Counted from the stretch's first letter, positions 1-9,258 are shown. The stretch: DNA of 64,000 bases from an uncultured Acidimicrobiales bacterium (GCA_963717115.1 CAVQVO010000017.1:792109-856108), one strand, 5' to 3'. Translations and numbers: made by a program. Notes: generated from the sequence alone by a model not told the origin.

Positions 1-443
1 CGGGCGGCGACCTCGACGACCTGCGAGAGATGATGACCTCGCCGAACGCGATCTTCGGTCTCTCCGATGCCGGCGCCCACTGCAATGCCATCTCCGACGG
101 CTCGTTCCCCACCACGGCGCTCACCCACTGGACCCGCGACCGCTCGCGGGGGCCGCAGATCCCGATCGAGCAGATCGTCCACCGCCAGACCCAGGCCACG
201 GCCGCCCATGTCGGCTGGCTCGATCGGGGGGTCGTCGCCCCGGGCATGCTGGCCGACCTCAACGTCATCGACCACGACCGGCTGCGGGTCATGGCCCCCC
301 ACATCGTCGCCGACCTCCCCGCCGGCGGCACCCGCCTGATGCAGCAGGTCGAGGGCTACCGCTACACGATCAAGCGGGGCGTGGTCACCGTCGAGGACGA
401 CCGGCTGACGGGCGAACGGCCGGGTCGTCTCCAGCGATCCTGA
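1..443 (+). CDS. Amidohydrolase of the D-aminoacylase (N-acyl-D-amino-acid deacylase) family, C-terminal fragment; 5' end lies outside the window
   Basis: The frame of ORF 30..443 is open to the window edge. The tail ...GLSDAGAHCNAISDGSFPT...LADLNVID...GYRYTIKRGVV resembles the C-terminal part of D-aminoacylase-type amidohydrolases. GC3 is high. Confidence 0.55.
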   Translation, partial: GGDLDDLREMMTSPNAIFGLSDAGAHCNAISDGSFPTTALTHWTRDRSRGPQIPIEQIVHRQTQATAAHVGWLDRGVVAPGMLADLNVIDHDRLRVMAPHIVADLPAGGTRLMQQVEGYRYTIKRGVVTVEDDRLTGERPGRLQRS

Positions 444-473
444 GCCCCGGGTCCCGAACGCAGACGCCCGGCC

Positions 474-2177
474 TCAGCGACTGGCGATGCAGGTCTCGGT
501 GCCGAAGTCGAGGATCCGGCCGTCGACATCGACGAACCGCCACGAGTAGTCGTGTTCGCGCAGGTCGAGATCGAGCACGCCCCAGGCGTCGGTGATCCGG
601 ACCTGCGACGACGGAATCGGTGACAGCCCGCCCCGCAGGGGCACCCCGCCGGTCCCGACGATGATGTTGGTGACGCCCCGCTCCTCGTCGGGCACACCGT
701 CCGGTGTGATCGGTGCCAGGCGCTCGTAGTGGTGGGCATGCCCGGTGAGGACGAGATCGGTGCCGGCGTCGAAGAGCAGCCGATGGATCGGGTCGAGATA
801 GGGCTGATCGGCATAGGCGGGATACGACGAGCGCCGGGGATGGTGCATGGTGGCGATGCGACAGACCCCGGCCGGCGCGGCGGCGAGTCGCTGGCTCAAC
901 CACTGGCCCTGTGCGCTCCCGGCCGTGCACCCGCCGACCTCGGAGCAGTTGGTGTTCAGGGCCAGGATCTGCCAGTTCCCGACCACGAGTTCGTGGTAGC
1001 CCCGGGTCGGATCACCGGCCGCCGCACCGAAGTACTCGAAATACGGCGCCGCGCCGGGCGTCAGGTAGTCGTGGTTCCCGGGGATGGGATCGAACCGGGT
1101 CTTGTGTCGGCCGAAGACCGGATCGAAACAGGTGTCGAACTCGAGCGTGCTGCCGGACTGGTAGACGTAGTCGCCCAGTCCGAGGATCCGGCCCGGTACC
1201 TGGTCGAGCAGTGCTGCGACCCGGGTGCCCCCGACGCCACCGCACTCGACCAGATCGCCGACGGCCACGAGGTCGATCGTGCCCGGGTCGGGAACGACCG
1301 TGGTGCAGGGTGTGGGGGTGGATCGTTCGCCGGTGGGGGATTTGGCGACGACGGTGTAGTCGAGGGTGGCGGCGAGGTCGGTGTCGGTGAAGGTGAGGGT
1401 GGTGGTGCGGCCTCGCCAGTAGGTGGGTCCGTTGTCGACGCGGCGGGAGACGATGTAGTCGGCGGCGCCGGGGGTGGTGGGCCAGGTGATCTGGAGGGTG
1501 CCGGGTCCGGCGGCGGTGACGGTGCAGCTGGCGGGGGGTTGGAGCGGGGTGGTGGTTCGTTGGTCGGTGCAGGGTGTGGGGGTGGATCGTTCGCCGGTGG
1601 GGGATTTGGCGACGACGGTGTAGTCGAGGGTGGCGGCGAGGTCGGTGTCGGTGAAGGTGAGGGTGGTGGTGCGGCCTCGCCAGTAGGTGGGTCCGTTGTC
1701 GACGCGGCGGGAGACGATGTAGTCGGCGGCGCCGGGGGTGGTGGGCCAGGTGATCTGGAGGGTGCCGGGTCCGGCGGCGGTGACGGTGCAGCTGGCGGGG
1801 GGTTGGAGCGGGGTGGTGGTTCGTTGGTCGGTGCAGGGTGTGGGGGTGGATCGTTCGCCGGTGGGGGATTTGGCGACGACGGTGTAGTCGAGGGTGGCGG
1901 CGAGGTCGGTGTCGGTGAAGGTGAGGGTGGTGGTGCGGCCTCGCCAGTAGGTGGGTCCGTTGTCGACGCGGCGGGAGACGATGTAGTCGGCGGCGCCGGG
2001 GGTGGTGGGCCAGGTGATCTGGAGGGTGCCGGGTCCGGCGGCGGTGACCGAACACGACGAGGGTGACGAAGGGGGAACGGCGCCGCTGGTGCCGACGGCG
2101 CCGAGGATCCCTGCGAGGACCACGATCGCGCCGACGAGCACGATCGGTCGAACGAGCCGTCGTTTCCGCATCTCCAC
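474..2177 (-). CDS. Secreted/membrane-anchored calcineurin-like metallophosphoesterase with three identical N-terminal FN3-like modules
   Basis: 567-aa ORF. The N-terminal basic plus hydrophobic anchor is MEMRKRRLVRPIVLVGAIVVLAGILGA. It is followed by 3 x 88-aa modules (...VTAAGPGTLQITWPTTPGAADYIVSRR...). The C-terminal part carries phosphoesterase motifs: VGDLVECG, GDYVY, GNHDY, GHAHHYER. Confidence 0.8.
   Translation of the reverse strand: MEMRKRRLVRPIVLVGAIVVLAGILGAVGTSGAVPPSSPSSCSVTAAGPGTLQITWPTTPGAADYIVSRRVDNGPTYWRGRTTTLTFTDTDLAATLDYTVVAKSPTGERSTPTPCTDQRTTTPLQPPASCTVTAAGPGTLQITWPTTPGAADYIVSRRVDNGPTYWRGRTTTLTFTDTDLAATLDYTVVAKSPTGERSTPTPCTDQRTTTPLQPPASCTVTAAGPGTLQITWPTTPGAADYIVSRRVDNGPTYWRGRTTTLTFTDTDLAATLDYTVVAKSPTGERSTPTPCTTVVPDPGTIDLVAVGDLVECGGVGGTRVAALLDQVPGRILGLGDYVYQSGSTLEFDTCFDPVFGRHKTRFDPIPGNHDYLTPGAAPYFEYFGAAAGDPTRGYHELVVGNWQILALNTNCSEVGGCTAGSAQGQWLSQRLAAAPAGVCRIATMHHPRRSSYPAYADQPYLDPIHRLLFDAGTDLVLTGHAHHYERLAPITPDGVPDEERGVTNIIVGTGGVPLRGGLSPIPSSQVRITDAWGVLDLDLREHDYSWRFVDVDGRILDFGTETCIASR
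1302..2048. repeat. Perfect tandem repeat, 264-bp unit x about 2.8 (coding, FN3-like modules)
   Basis: Unit starts at 1302, 1566 and 1830 (period 264). The translations of all three minus-strand frames in the ORF track are identical between copies, which implies nucleotide identity. Divergence begins at 2049. Confidence 0.9.
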
Positions 2178-2234
2178 CCGCTGTCTGCCCGCCGTGGGCC
2201 CACCCGCATGGTCCGCCCGCCGGACCGGGCCCGT

Positions 2235-3281
2235 TCAGGCCTTGCGGGCCTCCATCGTAGACAGTGGTCGCCGATCGAGCCATTGGGTCGAGATGCTCTC
2301 GAGCGCCTCGAGCCGGTGCTCGAGCGAGTGGGCGACCGGATACAGCATGAGTTCGTCGGCCCCGGTTCGGGCCTGGAGCCGCTCGAGGCCGCCGACGACG
2401 GTCTCGGCGGTGCCCACCAACGAGTTGCTCGGCATCGATGCCGCAGTCGGGTAGTTCGGATGGGCCAGGGCCTCGTCGGGCCCGACCAGTTCGACGGTCT
2501 GCCCGGTGCGCAGGGCGAAGCGGCGGAGCCGGCTCGGCGCAGCAAGGTGGTCGGCCTCGGCCTCGGTCTCGCCGACGACCACCGTGGCCGAGACCATGAG
2601 GTGCGGGGCGTCGAGGATCGGTGACGGCTCGAAGTGGTCGAGGTAGATCTGGGCGGCCTGTTCGGTTCCACCCATGTCGAAGTGGTTGGCGAACGCGAAC
2701 GGCAGGCCCAGGATCCCGGCCAGCTGGGCGCTGAAGCCGCTCGATCCGAGGAGCCAGACATCGGGCGACGAGGTCGCAACCGGGGTGGCCGAGAAATGCT
2801 TGAACAGACCTTCCTCGGTGCGCTCGTCGCCGAGGAGGCCCATCAGGTCGAGCAGGTGCCGGGGGAAGTCCTCGTCGAGTCCCTGAACCGAGCGACGCAG
2901 CGCCGCAGCCGTCGCTCGATCGGTACCGGGGGCCCGCCCGAGACCGAGATCGATCCGGCCGGGGTGGAGCGCCTCGAGGAGTGCGAACTGCTCGGCGACG
3001 ACGAGTGGCGCGTGGTTGGGCAGCATCACGCCCCCGGATCCGACCCGGATGCGCTCGCTGTTCGCGGCCAGGTGGGCGATGAGCACCGGCGGGTTGGTCG
3101 AGGCGACGGTCGCCATGTTGTGGTGCTCGGCCACCCAGAACCGGCGATAGCCGAGCCGGTCGGCGGCACGGACCATCTCGGTCGCCTCCCGCAGCGCTTC
3201 ACCCGACGTCGAGCCCTTGGCCACGATGGCGAGGTCGAGAACCGACAGCGGGAGCGGTTGCGTCGCGGTGGCTGGGGTCAC
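2235..3281 (-). CDS. LLM-class (luciferase-like) flavin-dependent oxidoreductase
   Basis: 348-aa ORF. N-terminal signature ...LSVLDLA...GYRRFWVAEHHNMATVASTNPPVLIAHLAA...IRVGSGGVMLPNHAPLVVAEQFALLEALHPGRIDLGLGRAPGTD is typical of the LLM family. Confidence 0.8.
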   Translation of the reverse strand: MTPATATQPLPLSVLDLAIVAKGSTSGEALREATEMVRAADRLGYRRFWVAEHHNMATVASTNPPVLIAHLAANSERIRVGSGGVMLPNHAPLVVAEQFALLEALHPGRIDLGLGRAPGTDRATAAALRRSVQGLDEDFPRHLLDLMGLLGDERTEEGLFKHFSATPVATSSPDVWLLGSSGFSAQLAGILGLPFAFANHFDMGGTEQAAQIYLDHFEPSPILDAPHLMVSATVVVGETEAEADHLAAPSRLRRFALRTGQTVELVGPDEALAHPNYPTAASMPSNSLVGTAETVVGGLERLQARTGADELMLYPVAHSLEHRLEALESISTQWLDRRPLSTMEARKA

Positions 3282-3402
3282 GAGGGTTCACGCTTTCGTC
3301 GGGGCCGGATGGGGCCGGTCGTCATCACGTGGCGACAACCCCGCGACGAGGTCGACTATGCCACGGCTGGATCGACGTTCGTCATTCGATGAGACTGCCG
3401 TC

Positions 3403-4422
3403 ATGCCCGCCACCGGTCCTGCTGCCTCCTCGTCGTTCCCCGCCTTCGATCCCGCCGAGGTGCAGCACCGGCTCGTCGATGCGCTCGGCACCCGCATCCA
3501 CGTCGCCGAGATGGGCGAGGGACCCCTCGTGCTGTTCGTCCATGGGTTCCCCGAGTCCTGGTACTCGTGGCGCCACCAGCTGCCCGCCGTTGCCGAAGCC
3601 GGGTTCCGGGCTGCGGCGATCGACGTTCGCGGCTACGGGCGATCCTCGAAACCCCGCGAGATCGAGGAGTACCGCATGATCCGTCACGTCGCCGACAACC
3701 TCGGCGTCGTGCGGGCCCTCGGCGTGGAGCAGGCCACCATCATCGGTCACGATTGGGGAGCCCCCATTGCCGCCAACTCGGCCCTGCTCCGCCCCGATGT
3801 CTTCACCGCCCTCGGGCTGTTGAGCGTTCCCTACAACCCACGGGGCCCGCTCTCACCCAACGACGCCTTTCGACTGCTCGGAGGCGACGAGGAGTTCTAC
3901 ATCGAGTACTTCCAGGAACCGGGCCGGGCCGAAGCCGAGATCGAGGCCGACCTCGCCGACTGGCTCCTCGGCTTCTACTACTCGGCATCGGGCGAGGCGC
4001 CGCCCATGGTCCCGGGCAACGGCTCGATGGCGACCGTCGGCCCCGGCGGCACCCTCCGGGAACGGTTCCGATGGCCCGAGGACGGCATGCCGACATGGCT
4101 GACCGAAACCGATTTCGCCCACTACTGCAACGAGTTCGAGCGGTCCGGGATCACCGGCGGCCTGAACCGATACCGAAACGTCCAACGCGACTGGTTCGAC
4201 CTCGCGGCGTTCGACGGTGCCCCCATCAACCAGCCTTCGGTCTTCATCGGTGGCGAGAAGGACGGCCCGACGATCTGGGGTGCGGCGTCGATCGCCCGGT
4301 TCGGCGAGACGATGCCCAACCTGACGAAGTCGGTGATCGTGCCGGGAGCCGGACACTGGGTCCAGCAGGAAGCGGCCGACGCCGTCAACACCGAACTCGT
4401 CGCGTTCCTCCGAACCCTGTGA
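3403..4422 (+). CDS. Epoxide-hydrolase-like alpha/beta hydrolase
   Basis: HGFPESWYSWRHQ oxyanion/lid motif and a GHDWGA nucleophile elbow with Asp. I prefer the ATG at 3403 because the upstream part of ORF 3217..4422 overlaps the LLM gene on the other strand. Confidence 0.75.
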   Translation: MPATGPAASSSFPAFDPAEVQHRLVDALGTRIHVAEMGEGPLVLFVHGFPESWYSWRHQLPAVAEAGFRAAAIDVRGYGRSSKPREIEEYRMIRHVADNLGVVRALGVEQATIIGHDWGAPIAANSALLRPDVFTALGLLSVPYNPRGPLSPNDAFRLLGGDEEFYIEYFQEPGRAEAEIEADLADWLLGFYYSASGEAPPMVPGNGSMATVGPGGTLRERFRWPEDGMPTWLTETDFAHYCNEFERSGITGGLNRYRNVQRDWFDLAAFDGAPINQPSVFIGGEKDGPTIWGAASIARFGETMPNLTKSVIVPGAGHWVQQEAADAVNTELVAFLRTL

Positions 4423-4432
4423 CACTGAGGCC

Positions 4433-5170
4433 ATGGCCGCCCTGACCGTGATCGCCGTCCATGGCAATGGCGGAGGGAGCTTCCGATGGGAGCGCCTCCC
4501 CGACCCGCTCGCCGACGGCGTGAGGCTCGAGGGCATCACCCTGCCCGGGTTCGCCGGGCGGCCACTGCCCGACGGCGTGGTGTCGATGGCGACGTTCACC
4601 GACGCCATCGCCGAGCACGTCGAGGTCCACGACCACCCCCGGGTGCTCCTCGGCCACGGGATCGGCGGCGCCCTGGCCCTCGATGCGGTCTCCCGTCGTC
4701 CCGACCTCGTCGACGGTCTGATCCTCCACGCCCCGGTCGGCGCGAACCTCGACGAGCGCCTGTTTCCCCGGATCATGTCGGCCCGCCCGATCCGCTGGCT
4801 CGCCCAGGCCGTGGTCGGTTCTCGCATCACGGCGTCCCTCGCCGGTCCTCGCCTCTTCGACGGCCCACCACCGGACTACGGGCGCCGGTTCCTGACCGAG
4901 TACCGACGGGCCGAGGCCTTCGGGGTGATGTTCGACCTGTTGACCGCCGAGTGGTTCGACGCGCTGCCGGCCACCACCGTCCCGACCACGCTGCTCTGGG
5001 GCGACCGAGACCGGGTGCTGCGAGTCGGGCAGGCCGATGATCTGGCCGCTCGTCTGTCGACGGTGGATCGTCGAATCGTGACCGGGTGGGGCCACTATCC
5101 GATGATCGAGCAGCCCGAGGACTACGCGGACGTCGTCGCCGAGGTGGCCCGGGCGCTCGTCGACCGATGA
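4433..5170 (+). CDS. Alpha/beta-hydrolase-fold protein with Gly in place of the nucleophile (GHGIGG)
   Basis: 245-aa ORF starting 10 bp after the epoxide-hydrolase gene. HGNGGG oxyanion region. The nucleophile elbow reads G-H-G-I-G-G (codon GGG at 4658-4660). Candidate Asp (WGDRDRV) and His (GWGHYPMIEQP) are retained. Confidence 0.7.
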   Translation: MAALTVIAVHGNGGGSFRWERLPDPLADGVRLEGITLPGFAGRPLPDGVVSMATFTDAIAEHVEVHDHPRVLLGHGIGGALALDAVSRRPDLVDGLILHAPVGANLDERLFPRIMSARPIRWLAQAVVGSRITASLAGPRLFDGPPPDYGRRFLTEYRRAEAFGVMFDLLTAEWFDALPATTVPTTLLWGDRDRVLRVGQADDLAARLSTVDRRIVTGWGHYPMIEQPEDYADVVAEVARALVDR

Positions 5171-7440
5171 GGTTCGGGCGGGGTCGAACCGAGCCGGGTG
5201 GCGGCGTCGGGAGCCCATGGCGGCTGGGCGAAGGACGGCTCGAGGCCGAGGGCGTGGGTGGCAAGGCGGCCAATCTCGACCGGGCCGCAGCAGCCGGCAT
5301 CGCCGTTCCCCCGGGTTTCGTGATTCCTCACGGTCGGCCGGACCGGCTCACCGTCGCCGATCTCGAACCGTTGGGATCGGGACCGTGCGCCGTGCGCTCG
5401 GCCTTCTCGGTGGAGGACCGGCCCGACTCGTCGCTGGCCGGTTACTTCCGCACCGAACTCCACGTGGAGGCCACCGTCGGTTCGATTCGTTCGGCCGTCG
5501 AATCCGTTCGGGCCTCGGCCGACACCGACCTCTTCGGCGATGCCATCCGGCTGGATGTGCTCGTGATGCGACAGATCACGCCGAGGCACGCCGGCGTGGC
5601 CTTCACCGAGGCTCAGTTCGAAGACGACCTCGTGAACGCGACGACCGGACTGGCCGATCGGCTGGTGTCGGGGCTCGACGCCGGGCAGACGCTCACCCTC
5701 GCCAAGCGTCGGCGCTTCGACCGGAGCGATCGCTCGGTCCCGGGCTGGCAGCAACGTCTGGCAACCCTGCTGCGCTCGGTCCGGTCGACGTTCGGCGAAC
5801 GCGACTGGGACATCGAGTGGGCCGACGACGGCGACACCTGCTGGTTGATCCAGATCCGGCCGATCACCGCACCACCCCGCCGCAACGAGACGTTCACGAT
5901 CGCCAACCACAAGGAGATCCTCCCCGAACTCCCGTCGGTCCTCATGGCCTCGGTGGTGCAATCGAGCGCGTTCGACCTCATGGACCACTACCGGGCCGCC
6001 GGACCCCACCTCCCGGTCGATCGCCCGTTCATCGAGACCTTCGCCGGCCGGCCCTACATCAACCTCTCCCAACTGACCGATCTCCTGCGGCGGCTCGGGC
6101 TGCCGACCACGCTGCTGTCGTCCTCGCTGGGCGGGGAGCCCGAGATCGTGGTGGGCCTCCGACCGCTGCGGATCGTGACCTCGCTGCCGGTCTTCGTCCG
6201 ACTCGGCCTGGCCCAGCTCACCGTCGTCGGCCACGCCCGCCGGACCGAGGAACGGATCGACGAACTCGTGCGCCGACCCACCGACGATTTCGCCTCCATC
6301 CTGGCGGGTCTCCGTTCGACGTACATCCTGCTCGTCACCGAGATGTCGGCGCTCGCGACGGCCATGGCCGGACCGGTGTCGGTGGTCCGCTCCCTGGGAG
6401 CGCTCGACGCACACCTCGCCCGCCAACGGACGCCGGGAACGGCCATGCTCGACGATCTCGAGTCGTTGATGGCCCTGGCCGAACGCGATCCGGCCTTGCG
6501 GTCGGAGCTGCGAGCCGGACGGTTGCCCGACGACCCCGGGTTCATCGATCGGTGGCAGGTCTGGCTCGACCGGCACGGGCACCGAGGGGTCTTCGAGAGC
6601 GACATCGCCCGGCCCCGGTTCGCCGAGCAACCGGCCCCGATCCTCGCCGCGATCGCCCAGGGTCGTCGAGCGGTGGTCACTCCGCCGGACCGGTCGGGTG
6701 TGGGGCTCGAGGTCCGTCGTCGGCTCACTTCGCCGCTGTGGTTCGTCGCCCGCCGTCCGATGGCGGCCCGGGAGCGGATCCGTTGGCACACGATGCAGGC
6801 CTTCGCCGCCTACCGGGCCCGCCTGCTCGAACGGGCCGAGCACGCGGTGGCCGACGGGCTGCTTCCCGACGTCGAGGCCGTGTTCGACCTGACGATCGAG
6901 GAGCTGACGGCGTTGGACCGGGGCGAGCCGTTCCCGCCCGGCGACCTGACCGAGCGACGCGCCGAGCGGGAGCGACTCGGCGCGCTGCGGCTGCCCGACC
7001 TGGTGCGTCGCTTCGACGACGTCGAGGAACTGGGTTCGGCCGAACGTCCGGACCTCCAGGGCCCGCCAGGCCTCGTCGCCACGGGTGTCCCGCTCACCCG
7101 TGGCCGGGTCGCAGGCGTTGCGCTGCGTTGCAGTGAACCTCCGTCGGCCCTGCCCGAGGGGTTCGACGCCGCAACGACGGTCCTGGTGGCCCGGAGCGTC
7201 GACGCCGGTTGGGTCCCGATCTTCGGGTCGGTGGCGGCCGTTGCGGTCGAGATCGGCGGCGACCTGTCACACGGCTCGATCATCCTGCGCGAGCTCGGCG
7301 TTCCCGCCGTCACCAATCTCGGTCCACTCCCCGGGCTCGCCACCGGTGACCGGGTGGAACTCGACGCCACCGTTGGTCGGCTCCGACGGTTCGAGCCGGT
7401 CGGTCAGGCCCCGGGTCCGCTGGACCCACCGGTGGGCTGA
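5167..7440 (+). CDS. PEP-utilising enzyme family protein (PPDK_N-type ATP-binding N-terminus plus C-terminal swivel phosphohistidine domain; rifampicin-phosphotransferase-like architecture)
   Basis: The N-terminus carries GVGGKAANLDRAAAAGIAVPPGFVIP. The C-terminus carries VLVARSVDAGWVPIFGSVAAVAVEIGGDLSHGSIILRELGVPAVTNLG. The ATG at 5167 overlaps the upstream TGA (ATGA). The central ~450 aa are unassigned. Confidence 0.7.
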   Translation: MRFGRGRTEPGGGVGSPWRLGEGRLEAEGVGGKAANLDRAAAAGIAVPPGFVIPHGRPDRLTVADLEPLGSGPCAVRSAFSVEDRPDSSLAGYFRTELHVEATVGSIRSAVESVRASADTDLFGDAIRLDVLVMRQITPRHAGVAFTEAQFEDDLVNATTGLADRLVSGLDAGQTLTLAKRRRFDRSDRSVPGWQQRLATLLRSVRSTFGERDWDIEWADDGDTCWLIQIRPITAPPRRNETFTIANHKEILPELPSVLMASVVQSSAFDLMDHYRAAGPHLPVDRPFIETFAGRPYINLSQLTDLLRRLGLPTTLLSSSLGGEPEIVVGLRPLRIVTSLPVFVRLGLAQLTVVGHARRTEERIDELVRRPTDDFASILAGLRSTYILLVTEMSALATAMAGPVSVVRSLGALDAHLARQRTPGTAMLDDLESLMALAERDPALRSELRAGRLPDDPGFIDRWQVWLDRHGHRGVFESDIARPRFAEQPAPILAAIAQGRRAVVTPPDRSGVGLEVRRRLTSPLWFVARRPMAARERIRWHTMQAFAAYRARLLERAEHAVADGLLPDVEAVFDLTIEELTALDRGEPFPPGDLTERRAERERLGALRLPDLVRRFDDVEELGSAERPDLQGPPGLVATGVPLTRGRVAGVALRCSEPPSALPEGFDAATTVLVARSVDAGWVPIFGSVAAVAVEIGGDLSHGSIILRELGVPAVTNLGPLPGLATGDRVELDATVGRLRRFEPVGQAPGPLDPPVG

Positions 7441-8318
7441 GTCGCGTCCGGCGCTCCGGGACGGGCCGGGGTGGGCTGCGTCACGGGATTCCGACGGTGG
7501 CTGATGCGGTCTTCGATCAGTCGTCGCTGTCGGTCGTTGAGTGGTCGGGTCGACCGGTACGTGACCTCGATGGTGCCATCGGCCAGGGGCAGGGCGGCGA
7601 TCTCCGGCAGGAGCAGGACGTCGGTCAACCCCAGGTCGTGGGACGCGGCATTGAGATCGCGACCGATCATCGTCTCGTCGAGTTCGGCCCAGACGTCGGG
7701 TGCGATCGTGACGCGGTTCTGCACCAGCTGCTGCGAGCGGTTGGTCACCGACTCCAACGCTCCGTGGCCGGCGTGCCAGGTTGTCCCGTCGGGCAGTCGG
7801 AGTCGGAGACCGACCCCGCTGAGTGTCTCGACCGTGCCGGACACCTCGTTGCCCCCGACCATCATCGAGACCTGATCGCCGATCGCGTAGCGGTCTTCGA
7901 GCAGGACCATCAGGCCGGTGAGCCAGTCCTTGATGAGGGCCTGGCCGCCGATCGCGATGCCGGCTCCGATGAACCCGGCCGACGACACCAGCACGACCGG
8001 GTCGATCCGCAGGAGGTGGGAGACGATGATCACGGCGATGACCGCCACGACGAGCGCAGCGATCCTCGACAGCATGTGCGCCGCGGCGTCGGCCCGCTGG
8101 AGCCGTCGTTGTTCCAGGCCGGTCCCGTCGTCGGGTCGGGGGAGTCGGACCCGCCAGACGCCCTTCCCGGCCAGCGCTCGGCGAACGGCCCGACGGGTCA
8201 CGAATCGCAGCGTGACCCGGATGACCACGGTGAGGAGGTAGGAACCGACGACGACGGCCACGATGGCGGCGGCGCGCAACAGATCGTCGGAGGCGTCGAT
8301 CTGGGGAACATCGGGCAT
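7404..8318 (-). CDS. Small-conductance mechanosensitive channel (MscS family)
   Basis: Motif ...GFIGAGIAIGGQALIKDWLTGLMVLLEDRYAIGDQV...GTVETLSGVGLRLRLPDGTTWHAGHG. I chose the ATG at 8318 (MPDVPQ...) because the longer ORF to 8975 runs antisense to the dioxygenase gene. Confidence 0.75.
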   Translation of the reverse strand: MPDVPQIDASDDLLRAAAIVAVVVGSYLLTVVIRVTLRFVTRRAVRRALAGKGVWRVRLPRPDDGTGLEQRRLQRADAAAHMLSRIAALVVAVIAVIIVSHLLRIDPVVLVSSAGFIGAGIAIGGQALIKDWLTGLMVLLEDRYAIGDQVSMMVGGNEVSGTVETLSGVGLRLRLPDGTTWHAGHGALESVTNRSQQLVQNRVTIAPDVWAELDETMIGRDLNAASHDLGLTDVLLLPEIAALPLADGTIEVTYRSTRPLNDRQRRLIEDRISHRRNPVTQPTPARPGAPDATQPTGGSSGPGA

Positions 8319-8415
8319 GACCGCAGCGTAGGAGCGAGCGCGTCGGGTCCATACCCGGGGCCGTCTCGAGGGGGGCGGTCGACGGGGTTCGGTGTCGACT
8401 GCAAGACTCGCATCC

Positions 8416-9258
8416 ATGACGATCGTGCACCTGACGAACACCGCGGAAGCCGACGACGTGGCCTCGGTCCTCGCCCGCGACGGCTGTGTGGTCATCGACC
8501 GGTTGGCCGACCCGGCGGCGATGACGCAGATGATGGCCGAACTCGAGCCGTTCCTGTCGGGGACGAGGGCCGGCAGCGACGAGTTCAGCGGTCGCAACAC
8601 CCGCCGCACCGGTGGTCTGATCGCCCGATCGGTCACGGCCCGCGACTTCGTGATGAACCCCCTCGTGCTCGAATCGGCGCGCACCGTGCTGTCGTACGCC
8701 TCCAGCATCCAGCTCCATCTCACCCAGGTGATCGCCATCGGGGCCGGCGAGCCGGCCCAGACGGTCCATCGCGACCAGTGGGCCTTCGACTTCTTCCCGT
8801 TTCCCGCCGAGTTCGAGGTCCAGTGCAACACGATGTGGGCGATCGACGATTTCACCGAGGAGAACGGCGCGACCCGGGTGATCGTCGGCAGCAACCACCA
8901 CGAGGACCGGCTTCGCTTCGAAGCCGCCGACACCGAGCCGGCCGAGATGGAGGCCGGGTCGGTCCTGCTGTACACCGGCCGGCTCTATCACGGTGGTGGC
9001 GCCAACCGGACCGAGGTCACCCGTCACGGTCTCAACATCACCTACAACGTCTCCTGGCTCCGACAGGAGGAGAACCAGTACCTGTCGGTCCCCCGAGAGG
9101 TCGCGATCGGGCTCGACGACGACCTGCTCCGGATCATGGGATACGCACGAGGGGCGTACGCACTCGGGTATGTCGACGATCTTCGGGATCCCCTCGACGC
9201 ACTCCGGGGGAGCAGCGGCGGATCGGGATTCGAGGCCACGCCGGTGACGGCGCCCTGA
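8416..9258 (+). CDS. Phytanoyl-CoA dioxygenase (PhyH) family Fe(II)/2-oxoglutarate oxygenase
   Basis: Motifs ...VHRDQWAFDF..., ...ENGATRVIVGSNHHED..., ...LYHGGGANRT.... The start may be ATG 8416 or ATG 8392. Confidence 0.7.
   Translation: MTIVHLTNTAEADDVASVLARDGCVVIDRLADPAAMTQMMAELEPFLSGTRAGSDEFSGRNTRRTGGLIARSVTARDFVMNPLVLESARTVLSYASSIQLHLTQVIAIGAGEPAQTVHRDQWAFDFFPFPAEFEVQCNTMWAIDDFTEENGATRVIVGSNHHEDRLRFEAADTEPAEMEAGSVLLYTGRLYHGGGANRTEVTRHGLNITYNVSWLRQEENQYLSVPREVAIGLDDDLLRIMGYARGAYALGYVDDLRDPLDALRGSSGGSGFEATPVTAP

Noticed and set aside
729-2779. Long Gly-rich (729..2066 +, 445 aa), Pro-rich (1061..2779 -, 572 aa) and His/Arg-rich (1012..2283 -, 423 aa) ORFs with striking internal repeats
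   Set aside because: They are alternative-frame or antisense readings of the 264-bp repeat inside the phosphoesterase gene. Their composition is low-complexity and they carry no start context or domain signatures. The 474..2177 frame alone yields recognisable domains.
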